64,000 nucleotides of DNA, taken from IMG/VR virus record IMGVR_UViG_3300037455_000372, positions 267,710-331,709 of that record, one strand, 5' to 3'. The stretch comes from a virus. Lineage: Duplodnaviria > Heunggongvirae > Uroviricota > Caudoviricetes. Position numbers and translations under genes: made by a program. The notes under the pieces are model-generated. The model worked only from the letters and a program-made list of their open reading frames with translations. It was not told the DNA's origin and did no database searches. Below, in pieces: positions 48,811 through 56,995 of this stretch (positions within the stretch are counted from its first letter, which is position 1; each line of letters starts with the position of its first letter).

Positions 48811-50079
48811 ATGAAACCGATACAACTTAATATGTTCATTTATGGCGGTGCCTTCGACCCGATGACCGTCGGCCACGAAGGAATCATCCGCAACTTAGTC
48901 AATTATGTACAGACGCTTGCCCATCAGGAAACCGTTTACGACCTCGACGGGAAAGCCGTTCCAAAAGAAGAATTAGACCATATTAAAGAATTCGCCACTA
49001 TCGTGTACGTGACGAATAATGACGAAAAGAAATATTCCATCCCGCTCGACAACCGACTCAGAATTGTCGAAAAGGTTGTGGGCGATCTTGAACCGCTGAC
49101 CATCCTTCCGCAGACGGAACGTATGGCGGCGACGTTGAAGACGCTGATTGCCGATACCATCAAGGGTGACGGCTATCCGGGTCTCACAGAAGAAAATATC
49201 AACATCAATTTGGTTATGGGTTACGATGAATGGGTAAGTCTCAAGCATCGTGAATGGGTCGAATCTGACTGGTTGCTCAACCGTTGTAACTTCCTCGTAG
49301 TTGACCGACCCGACGTTCGCTCGTATGGCGAATGCAATATTCGAGTAACGCAGTCCGATATTGCCATTCCCGTACCAAAGGATTCCGACCTCCGGGTCAA
49401 GTATGTAAACTGGAAAGTTCCTTGTGTCTCTTCGACCGAGGTCCGTCGTGCTATGAAATTCAATCCTCTGTACGATGGTAAAGATGTTCCAATCGTAGTC
49501 GCGATGGAACTCGGTCGTTTGAGGTTGCTCGGTCAGGACAGTCAGAAGGAATATGACCAGATCGAGGAAACCGAACTCAAGGCATATGCGCCGAAGCAAT
49601 ATCCGAAGCCGTCCGTAACGGCCACGACTATCTTGCAGTATATGAACAAGGTTTTGCTTGTCCGTCGTCGTGGCTTCCCTTATCACGATTATTGGTGCTT
49701 CCCCGGTGGTTTTGCAGAACCGCACGAAGACATCGAGAAAGTTGCGCTCCGTGAAGTAAAGGAAGAGACGAAGCTCGACTGTATCGAGCCGAGCGAGGTA
49801 ATTCAGCTCGGCGTCTATACTCCGGCAGACCCGCGCAATACCAAGTTTGACGATTACTGGATGTACGATGTCGGCCTTATGGTCGACTTGACTGGCCGCG
49901 CATTCCAGCAGCCGATTGCAAGCGACGACGCAAAGGATGCGATGTGGGTCGATATCGAGGAAGTGAAGAACATTCCGCTCGCGTTCCACCATAAGAAGAT
50001 TTTTGAGGCATTCCTGAAGCGTCGCGAGGTTTATCGTGAACGCGCTCAAGTTGGCCGAATCCACGAAATACTGCTCTAA
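48811..50079 (+). CDS. bifunctional NaMN/NMN adenylyltransferase - Nudix (ADP-ribose pyrophosphatase)
   Basis: GGAFDPMTVGH, LVMGYD, VSSTEVR; C-terminal FPGGF..E....A.RE.KEET, DPR, DDA, LAFHH. Confidence 0.85.
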   Translation: MKPIQLNMFIYGGAFDPMTVGHEGIIRNLVNYVQTLAHQETVYDLDGKAVPKEELDHIKEFATIVYVTNNDEKKYSIPLDNRLRIVEKVVGDLEPLTILPQTERMAATLKTLIADTIKGDGYPGLTEENININLVMGYDEWVSLKHREWVESDWLLNRCNFLVVDRPDVRSYGECNIRVTQSDIAIPVPKDSDLRVKYVNWKVPCVSSTEVRRAMKFNPLYDGKDVPIVVAMELGRLRLLGQDSQKEYDQIEETELKAYAPKQYPKPSVTATTILQYMNKVLLVRRRGFPYHDYWCFPGGFAEPHEDIEKVALREVKEETKLDCIEPSEVIQLGVYTPADPRNTKFDDYWMYDVGLMVDLTGRAFQQPIASDDAKDAMWVDIEEVKNIPLAFHHKKIFEAFLKRREVYRERAQVGRIHEILL

Positions 50080-50094
50080 CACAAGGAGTTAACA

Positions 50095-50709
50095 ATGGCA
50101 GACGAAGAAAACAAGAAGTACGATATCGACATCCTCGCGGTGATCGATATGCAGAACGATTTTATCGGCGGCGTTCTCAAGAACGATACCGCCAAGAAGG
50201 TCATCCCGGCTGTGGTCGAAGAAATTCGCCAGTGGAAGGGAACCGTTATCGCCACTCGCGATACCCATTTCAAGGAAACCTACGCGGACTCCGTCGAAGG
50301 CAAGTTGCTGCCGCTCCACTGCGAATACGGTACGGAAGGCTGGCAGATTGAAAGCACCATTATGAAGGCTCTCCAAGACCAGTGCGCCAAATTTGTGGAC
50401 AAGCACAACTTCGGCTACATCAACTGGCCGAAGGTACTCTTCAACATCGACTCCACCGACCAAGACGCCGTTGCCGCATTGCTCGCCGGTAAGAAGGTGC
50501 GCATCCGCATCTGCGGTACTTGCACCGACATCTGCAATATGAGCCAGCTTGTCATCTTCCGCGCTTGGTTCCCGAACGCCGACATCGAACTCGTTGACGG
50601 CGCATCTGCGGCCTCGTTCGAAGACGACAGCCCCAAGACCCGTGACGCTGCGTTCGTTATCGCGAACAGTATGCTCTGCAAGGTCGTGCCGACCGTCTAC
50701 AAGGGTTAG
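50095..50709 (+). CDS. pncA: nicotinamidase (isochorismatase family)
   Basis: IDMQNDF, TRDTH, HC..GT.GW, K, GTCTDIC. Confidence 0.85.
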   Translation: MADEENKKYDIDILAVIDMQNDFIGGVLKNDTAKKVIPAVVEEIRQWKGTVIATRDTHFKETYADSVEGKLLPLHCEYGTEGWQIESTIMKALQDQCAKFVDKHNFGYINWPKVLFNIDSTDQDAVAALLAGKKVRIRICGTCTDICNMSQLVIFRAWFPNADIELVDGASAASFEDDSPKTRDAAFVIANSMLCKVVPTVYKG

Positions 50710-50712
50710 TAA

Positions 50713-51603
50713 ATGAAAAATATCGTTCAACTTTCCGACATACACCTCTGCTCGGACTATGGCGGACACCTTGACACACAAGCACAGTGGAAGGCTGTGC
50801 TTAAACACGCCAAGGAAAACTGTCCGAACGGTCCCGACGGATACGACGCCGTCGTCATTACTGGTGACTTGGTCGACGACGACAACCTTATAGACCCAGA
50901 TAACAACTGTACCAGCTGGTCTCACGAGTTGTCTGAATCCGAAAAATTCTCGCTGTATATGCAAATCTTGACGGATGCTAAGCGTCTGCTTGGCAGTGGT
51001 GGGCAACTCGTAGTAACACCGGGTAACCACGACAACCGAGAATTGCTTGGTAAAGCGGCGGTTGAAGCTGGCGTTGCTGGCGCGTCCGAACAGATGTTTT
51101 TGAAGCCGGGAAAATGCCTCCAGTTGTTCAGTATCGGACAGACCACGATTGTCGCGATGGACACTGGTAATGGCGAGCCGTACGAAGCGATTTCCGACCT
51201 AGCATATGTTGCTAACACCAACCGAGGCTGGAATCGCGACCGTACGCTGTTGTTTACACACAAGCCGTTCAAGATTCAGAATCTTTATCATAGGTTTATG
51301 AAAAACAATATGCTTGATGAGGCTCTGGCTCGTCATATGATGCAGTATGCTGGATATTATTTCTGCGGACACTTGCATCACTATGCGTCCTTGGTTTGTG
51401 GAAACCGCCTTGAAAGCGTCACCACGGTGACTGTGTGTCCCAGCGTCCAAGGCCAAATTGATCCCTATACGGAAAAATGCAATGCGGTTCAGTTACCCGG
51501 ATATTTGCAGATTTCGTGTTGTGATATCACAAGCACGGTAAATGTTAAGCTGCAAATGGTGGATAATTGGAAAGACCTGATTGCTAAGGCTATGTCCACC
51601 TAA
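50713..51603 (+). CDS. calcineurin-like metallophosphoesterase (CpdA/Icc-like)
   Basis: SDIH, TGDLVD, PGNHD, H, CGHLH. Confidence 0.88.
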   Translation: MKNIVQLSDIHLCSDYGGHLDTQAQWKAVLKHAKENCPNGPDGYDAVVITGDLVDDDNLIDPDNNCTSWSHELSESEKFSLYMQILTDAKRLLGSGGQLVVTPGNHDNRELLGKAAVEAGVAGASEQMFLKPGKCLQLFSIGQTTIVAMDTGNGEPYEAISDLAYVANTNRGWNRDRTLLFTHKPFKIQNLYHRFMKNNMLDEALARHMMQYAGYYFCGHLHHYASLVCGNRLESVTTVTVCPSVQGQIDPYTEKCNAVQLPGYLQISCCDITSTVNVKLQMVDNWKDLIAKAMST

Positions 51604-51650
51604 CGTGTTGCTGATGTTGACATGAGTGGATTTATGTGCTATATTTAACA

Positions 51651-51780
51651 ATAGGCGTATCTGGTTCAATTAGCAGCCATAAAACACATCAAAACAACAT
51701 TTTGGGTGGACATCGCCATTGCTAAATAGCCTGTTGTTTCCTAAATTGGCGGAAAGGTTGAGTTTAAACTCAACCTTTTT
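51651..51780 (+). ncRNA. candidate structured small RNA
   Basis: own promoter TTGACA(51617)-17-TATATT(51640), closing stem ATAGGC/GCCTGT, internal pairings, own terminator 51753-51780, no ORF. Confidence 0.5.
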
Positions 51781-51807
51781 TATATTTCCGGGAAACAAGA
51801 GGTTACT

Positions 51808-52734
51808 ATGAGCACACCAGTTTTAGTAAAAGATGATTGGGCAAAGCTGAAAGAATCACTATCGAAGATCGGAATCGATACGTTTGCCGATGGAGTCGGA
51901 AATTTCGGATTCCAGTACAATGGGTACCACCTCGGCGGTTATACCGATGGGGACCGCTATGTGGATTTCCACACCGCTTGGGAATTTGACGGCAAATCCA
52001 ATATCAAAGGCACCTTGTCTATCAAGATGACCCCGGAGGACTTCGACTCGGCAACGGTCGACGATGCTGTGGATATTCTTAACCGTTCCAAGCAGCAGCT
52101 CATTACGATGTTCCCGATGGTCAATGTCCTCAGTCATTGCCGTTCCGGGTTTATCCGTTCCAGCCGTCTTATCGTATTCGAAGGCGTAGACAATTCCGGA
52201 AAGACCACGGTCTCCAAAGAGTTGATTAAGAAGATGCCTTGGTTCTCTTGGACGAAAGAACCGGTATTCACTACTGAACAGGCTGACCGTCTCAATTCTG
52301 ACGAGTACAAAGGACAAGACGCAAAGCGCGAAGTGTTGTTCTTGGAAGGCCGACTCGCGCAACAGCAGTTATACAATACCACGCCGTGTATGCTCGACCG
52401 CTATCTCTGGTCTGGTTTGGCTTATGCAAAGGCTTTCTCGCCAAGCATCTACAATTTCTGTGAAGCGTTGTACACGAACTACAACATCTTCAAGAAGCCG
52501 GACTTGTATATCTTTATGGAAACTCCGCTCGAAACTTGCTATGACCGTGAACCGGCTCTGAAGAAGGAACCGGGCCGTCTCGAAAAGATTCGTCAGGCAT
52601 ACCGTGATACCGAGCACCTTATCTCTTCTCCCATCGAGTACATCGACGGCAGCAAGAGTCTTGAAGAGTGCATCGAGGCCACGAAGCAAGCCATTATCAA
52701 GCATTTCCCCGACCAAGCACCGTTTGTAGGCTGA
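51808..52734 (+). CDS. tmk: thymidylate kinase with N-terminal extension
   Basis: IVFEGVDNSGKTT, KEP, LDRY..S..AY, PDL. Confidence 0.85.
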   Translation: MSTPVLVKDDWAKLKESLSKIGIDTFADGVGNFGFQYNGYHLGGYTDGDRYVDFHTAWEFDGKSNIKGTLSIKMTPEDFDSATVDDAVDILNRSKQQLITMFPMVNVLSHCRSGFIRSSRLIVFEGVDNSGKTTVSKELIKKMPWFSWTKEPVFTTEQADRLNSDEYKGQDAKREVLFLEGRLAQQQLYNTTPCMLDRYLWSGLAYAKAFSPSIYNFCEALYTNYNIFKKPDLYIFMETPLETCYDREPALKKEPGRLEKIRQAYRDTEHLISSPIEYIDGSKSLEECIEATKQAIIKHFPDQAPFVG

Positions 52735-52735
52735 T

Positions 52736-53338
52736 ATGATTAGCGAAGCTCCAAACCAATGCTATACCGAGAGTGAATACGAGCCGACCTTTGCGGAGTT
52801 CGGTAAAGAGTTGACTCGTAGACACCGTGAATATTTGCAAGCCAAGGTCCGCAAGGACGGCGATGAATATGTCGTGTTTTGTCGAATGTTTAATTTCGTG
52901 AATAAAGTTCCGACGACGGAGTGGCACGACAGTTTTTCAAGGCCGTCCAAGTGGAAATACCCGAACATTGATGGATTCTTTAAGTCGTTGACCGCTCTAT
53001 CGAACGTGTATATCAGCCCGCTCGGTCGCATTAAGCTCCGTTTCAAGTCTCTGTACGACGCTTGCAACGTGGCAAAGGCGTTGGTTGACTATTTCCAGCC
53101 GTTCGGAACGATCTGCGATATGTACGACGAATCGATGAACATTGTTTTTTCTTTAGAAAAAGCATCGTTCGTCGTCTTTTATGAATACAAAAGATATAAT
53201 TTACTCGACGTGAAACGTGGCGTATTGCTGCATCCAAAAAGCTTATCAGCAAATTCGAAAGAATATTTCGACGAACTGTTGACAATCTTACGCAACAATG
53301 CTATATTTCCAAGTGACGATATTGTCAAACATAAATAA
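52736..53338 (+). CDS. hypothetical protein
   Basis: 200 aa ORF. Confidence 0.65.
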   Translation: MISEAPNQCYTESEYEPTFAEFGKELTRRHREYLQAKVRKDGDEYVVFCRMFNFVNKVPTTEWHDSFSRPSKWKYPNIDGFFKSLTALSNVYISPLGRIKLRFKSLYDACNVAKALVDYFQPFGTICDMYDESMNIVFSLEKASFVVFYEYKRYNLLDVKRGVLLHPKSLSANSKEYFDELLTILRNNAIFPSDDIVKHK

Positions 53339-53350
53339 AGGATAATCCCT

Positions 53351-53617
53351 ATGTCTAACGAAAAGAAATCCGTATGTTCTTGCGGCGCAGCTTGCGACGC
53401 CAAGGCTCTCAAGGCTTCTGTGAAGAAGCTCACCAGCGACAACGCTAAGCTCGCCAAGCAGCTCGCTTCTGCTAAGGCTTCCGCCTCCAAGGCTGCTGCC
53501 AAGGCTGATGCAAAGCTCCAGAAGGCCAACGCCAAGGCTGCAAAGCTTCAGGCTACCGTGACGGCTCTCAAGGCCGCCGCTAAGGCTGCTAAGGCTTCTG
53601 CAAAGAAGACCAAGTAA
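53351..53617 (+). CDS. Ala/Lys-rich histone H1-like protein
   Basis: own promoter TTGACA(53279)-17-TATATT, AAGGA RBS, AKA repeats, N-terminal CSCGAAC. Confidence 0.7.
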   Translation: MSNEKKSVCSCGAACDAKALKASVKKLTSDNAKLAKQLASAKASASKAAAKADAKLQKANAKAAKLQATVTALKAAAKAAKASAKKTK

Positions 53618-53633
53618 GTCGCTGAAAGAACGG

Positions 53634-53670
53634 AAAAAGAGAGGCGGTCGATTGACCGCCTTTTCTTTTT
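53634..53670. terminator. bidirectional terminator
   Basis: AGGCGGTCG/TGACCGCCT flanked by A and T runs. Confidence 0.8.
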
Positions 53671-54388
53671 AATTGAGAATAAGGGACATATCGTAACAAG
53701 ATTCTGGGTCGTCCGACGGACCGCAGAATGAACATACCAGCTGTCCGTTAATTTGGAATCCTTCCGGAGTTTGGCCAGTAATGTTATACACCTTGGACTT
53801 CATACCGTCGCTGTTAGTAACATAGCCACCGTCTGTGGTACCAACGTCAAAGCTTACTTCCGGTACAGCCTTCTTGATTACGTCGAAAAGTTGCCACACG
53901 TTTTCCCAGTTGTTGTCGCGTTTCAAACCTTTTGTGTACGGTTCAGCGGCGACATAGATACGGTTAATCCACTTTTTCTTGGATGAACTGGACTCACTTT
54001 CAAGTCTAGCACTCTTATGGCACAGATGATATGCTTCCACCAGTGCCTTGCGCAACTTTGGGTCGATATTCTCCATCGATTCACGGAACACACCCTTGGG
54101 AACTTCTTGATAGTCCCAGCATTCAGCCATATCGTCGTGGATGTAGTTAGTAACCACGTCGAAGTTCCCGGTGATGTCGTCGCCGTGAACAGTCGAATCA
54201 TACTTGTATAGCTGGTTGCCTTCTTCATCGGTTCCGGCCAATGTCACCTCACCCCAGTGCTGCTGGTTAAGGTCGATGATTTCAATGCTCTCGCCGTTAT
54301 CCTTGCTAGTTAGTCCGGTACCGTGAATCATTGCGTCCACTGCATCCTTCAAAGCGGAATTAAGCTTGATTTGAGCGATTTCTGGCAT
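53669..54388 (-). CDS. hypothetical protein
   Basis: start reassigned to MPEIAQ; ATAAACT upstream. Confidence 0.7.
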   Translation of the reverse strand: MPEIAQIKLNSALKDAVDAMIHGTGLTSKDNGESIEIIDLNQQHWGEVTLAGTDEEGNQLYKYDSTVHGDDITGNFDVVTNYIHDDMAECWDYQEVPKGVFRESMENIDPKLRKALVEAYHLCHKSARLESESSSSKKKWINRIYVAAEPYTKGLKRDNNWENVWQLFDVIKKAVPEVSFDVGTTDGGYVTNSDGMKSKVYNITGQTPEGFQINGQLVCSFCGPSDDPESCYDMSLILN

Positions 54389-54456
54389 AGTATAGTCCCT
54401 AATAACTAACCGTAGTTTATATCTATATAAACTCAAGTTAAAGGATGCAAACCAAT

Positions 54457-54945
54457 ATGGATCAGATGAAAAACAAGAAACCGTTACACGAAGGTATCGA
54501 CGCACCAGGCGTGCTATTATTTGGACGAGGCTACGGAGAGACGCCGGGCATCGGTTCAGTTGACGCGACCACCCGGTTCAACCAGATGGCGACTATGTCT
54601 GACCCATACAGCGGCGGTATCAACCCGGTTATGGCTCGCGTAGCCAATTTCTCTCGCCAGAATGCACCCAGATACTCGGTTGACCCTAACCCGGAACTGG
54701 ACGAGTTCGTCGATACGCTGTTCGTTACCGATATGGGTCCGGAAGCGTTCACGCTCAATGGGGAGAACCCTTACCGACTCCTTGAAAAGATCCAGAGCGG
54801 TGAAGACGTGAGCGAGCTGATGCAGACCCCGTCCGCAGTACAAGAAATCCATCGGCTCCCAGCACAAAACGAACCGGAAGCCATCGACGACAGCTTCCTT
54901 GATTTCGCTTCTATGTTCGGTGAGGCACCAAGACCTAAAAAGTAG
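54457..54945 (+). CDS. hypothetical protein
   Basis: AAGGA RBS; ATAAACT at 54427; start 54445/54457/54466 uncertain. Confidence 0.65.
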   Translation: MDQMKNKKPLHEGIDAPGVLLFGRGYGETPGIGSVDATTRFNQMATMSDPYSGGINPVMARVANFSRQNAPRYSVDPNPELDEFVDTLFVTDMGPEAFTLNGENPYRLLEKIQSGEDVSELMQTPSAVQEIHRLPAQNEPEAIDDSFLDFASMFGEAPRPKK

Positions 54946-55339
54946 CACCGCAGTCAGAGTTGTTGAACTCGTAGTTGATGCAGTCCATACCTTCTGAATT
55001 GCTGGAGTTTCCCCTATCCTCGTCCCACGGCAGACAGCGCGGACCGTTATTTGTAACCGTCCCCGGTTCCATAACGTAACCGTTAGCAATCATATCGTAA
55101 CGGCCATCGGCATAACGCACGGCGGTCATCTCGTGGTCGGTAGTCGGAACGGCCTCGACAATCTTCAAGGTTCCGTAGTACGGTTCCGGACGCGGAGGTG
55201 GGCAAGCCATTCCCGGATAGTGGAACGGATGCAACAAGTCCGGATGCGGAGCGCAAGACGGAAACCTCATATGATGAGGCGGAACCGGAAGACAGTGCGG
55301 ACAAGGGTTCAGTCCGAATGGTGGCTTGAAGTTAGGCAT
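54935..55339 (-). CDS. Pro/His/Cys-rich protein
   Basis: GGAGG RBS, TAATG coupling; MPNFKPPFGLNPCPHC. Confidence 0.6.
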   Translation of the reverse strand: MPNFKPPFGLNPCPHCLPVPPHHMRFPSCAPHPDLLHPFHYPGMACPPPRPEPYYGTLKIVEAVPTTDHEMTAVRYADGRYDMIANGYVMEPGTVTNNGPRCLPWDEDRGNSSNSEGMDCINYEFNNSDCGATF

Positions 55340-55791
55340 TAGAACCACCTCCAGTAAGGTACCGGGAACGGCATCGAGTAGCACTTGTGCGGCAAGCAGC
55401 CGTGGTCTGGTGCGCACTGGTATGTCGGGAACGGCATCGGCGGCGGGAACCAAGGCTGGTTAGGGACGAAGTAAGGCCAAGGCCCGTGACAATGGCATCC
55501 GCAATGGTGGAACGGGTCTGGATAGAGTCTTGAGGGTATGTACTCCCACGGTCCCTTCTGTGGGGGAGGCGGTGGCGTACAACAGCCGAAGAACGGAATC
55601 GGCGGCTGGTTCGGAATAAAGTAGAACGGACCGCACGGCATAGGCGGACGCTTTCTGAAAGTCGGTGCTTGATGGATATGCGGTCGCGGAAAACATCCAC
55701 AGCCGGGGCCGACTGGATGCGGAATCGGATGCGACGGGTGTGGAGGTGGGTGCGGAACCGGCATTACGTGCCGATGGCAAGCGCAGCTCAT
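55339..55791 (-). CDS. extremely Pro/His/Cys-rich protein
   Basis: GGAGG RBS; MSCACHRHVMPVPHPPPHP; YFxPNQP twice. Confidence 0.6.
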   Translation of the reverse strand: MSCACHRHVMPVPHPPPHPSHPIPHPVGPGCGCFPRPHIHQAPTFRKRPPMPCGPFYFIPNQPPIPFFGCCTPPPPPQKGPWEYIPSRLYPDPFHHCGCHCHGPWPYFVPNQPWFPPPMPFPTYQCAPDHGCLPHKCYSMPFPVPYWRWF

Positions 55792-55794
55792 AGT

Positions 55795-56292
55795 TTACCT
55801 CCGTGTAGAACTAGTTCTCCTAGTATTACGTTTATTAGCGGCGGCTTTGGTCGGCATCTTCAAAATCTGGTCGTGGACCTCGTGTATGTAGGAATTGCCG
55901 CCTAGGTCAGAGTAAACCTTGTACATCTTCTCGAAGTTCTCTCTGTCGTAGTCTCCGATGTAGCCTTTTTCGATTGCGTGGTTATAAATAGCCGTGAGGT
56001 CGTTTCGCGTGGAAGCGATGGTCGCTTCCTTCATAATGCGTTGCTCGTTGCGGTCGGTTTCAAACTTGGAGTAGAGGTCGTCCTTCAAACCGGTGATGAA
56101 CTCGTTGATCTGACCGATTTCGGTCTCGATCTTCGTAATCCGGTTGCCCATCTCGTTCTTGTTGGTGAAGTTGTCGACGAACCACTTACGCAGCGGTCGC
56201 ACGAAGCCTACCAGCGTGGCAACAAATGAACCCAAAGCAATGATGAACCCAGAATATAACTGAAGATTCTCTGTTAAAGTAGACCATTCCAT
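55795..56292 (-). CDS. holin-like protein
   Basis: N-terminal TM, coiled coil, C-terminal Y..LGGN motif seen in phage holin-like families. Confidence 0.6.
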   Translation of the reverse strand: MEWSTLTENLQLYSGFIIALGSFVATLVGFVRPLRKWFVDNFTNKNEMGNRITKIETEIGQINEFITGLKDDLYSKFETDRNEQRIMKEATIASTRNDLTAIYNHAIEKGYIGDYDRENFEKMYKVYSDLGGNSYIHEVHDQILKMPTKAAANKRNTRRTSSTRR

Positions 56293-56383
56293 CGTTTCGA
56301 ATATTCCAATCGAATTTAATTGAAGTTTATGTATCTGGCTCGGTAGATTTGCTTGACAAATGACCTCCAGAAAACTATATTTT

Positions 56384-56495
56384 TGTTACGAATCTCTGGG
56401 AAGCCAGTATTTATCGGGTTTCGGGCGTGTTAGTACCATTTTGATACGTTATTCGAAATCTAAATACGTCCATTCTGGAGTATTACAATGTAACA
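56384..56495 (+). ncRNA. candidate structured RNA / 5' leader
   Basis: follows TTGACA(56353)-17-TATATT; long G-U-rich hairpin 56407-56467. Confidence 0.45.
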
Positions 56496-56514
56496 CAATG
56501 TCACACGAGGCCAT

Positions 56515-56994
56515 ATGACTTACGTAGAACAGAAAATGGATATCCGAAACGCACCGGACGACACCGACACCGTCGTTGCCCACTGCATCGCTGCAGACCT
56601 CAACTGGGGCAGCGGCGTGGCTCCCATCATCAACCGGGATATGTTCGACGCCGAAAAATACTGTCGTTACAAGTGTTCCACGAATCCGGACGGCGTAGAG
56701 AACGAGCTGCGCGTAGGCGAAATCCTTGCCGTCAAGGGTGCCGGGATGAAGCGTAAGAACGTGCTCGTCAACCTTATAACCAAGTATCGCTCCTTCTACA
56801 AGCCGACCTACGAGACGCTTACCGAGTCCTTGAACTCGCTCCGTTCCTATATGGAAATGAACGGGTTGACCACTCTGTATATGCCCAAGATTGGCTGCGG
56901 CATCGATATGCTCAAGTGGACGGTGGTGTCCCAGATTATCAAGGGCGTATTCGCGAGCACCAACATCAAAATTACCATCGCAGTGAGAGACTAA
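56515..56994 (+). CDS. macrodomain protein (TARG1/Poa1p/DarG-like)
   Basis: AHCIAAD..WGSGVA, NLITK, MPKIGCGID.L.W. Confidence 0.88.
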   Translation: MTYVEQKMDIRNAPDDTDTVVAHCIAADLNWGSGVAPIINRDMFDAEKYCRYKCSTNPDGVENELRVGEILAVKGAGMKRKNVLVNLITKYRSFYKPTYETLTESLNSLRSYMEMNGLTTLYMPKIGCGIDMLKWTVVSQIIKGVFASTNIKITIAVRD

Positions 56995-56995
56995 T

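Noticed and set aside
51657-51690. tRNA T-loop-like GGTTCAAT / preQ1-riboswitch-like hairpin with A-rich tail
   Set aside because: No cloverleaf can be drawn, and the preQ1 loop and tail consensus is not matched. Kept only as an unclassified RNA candidate.
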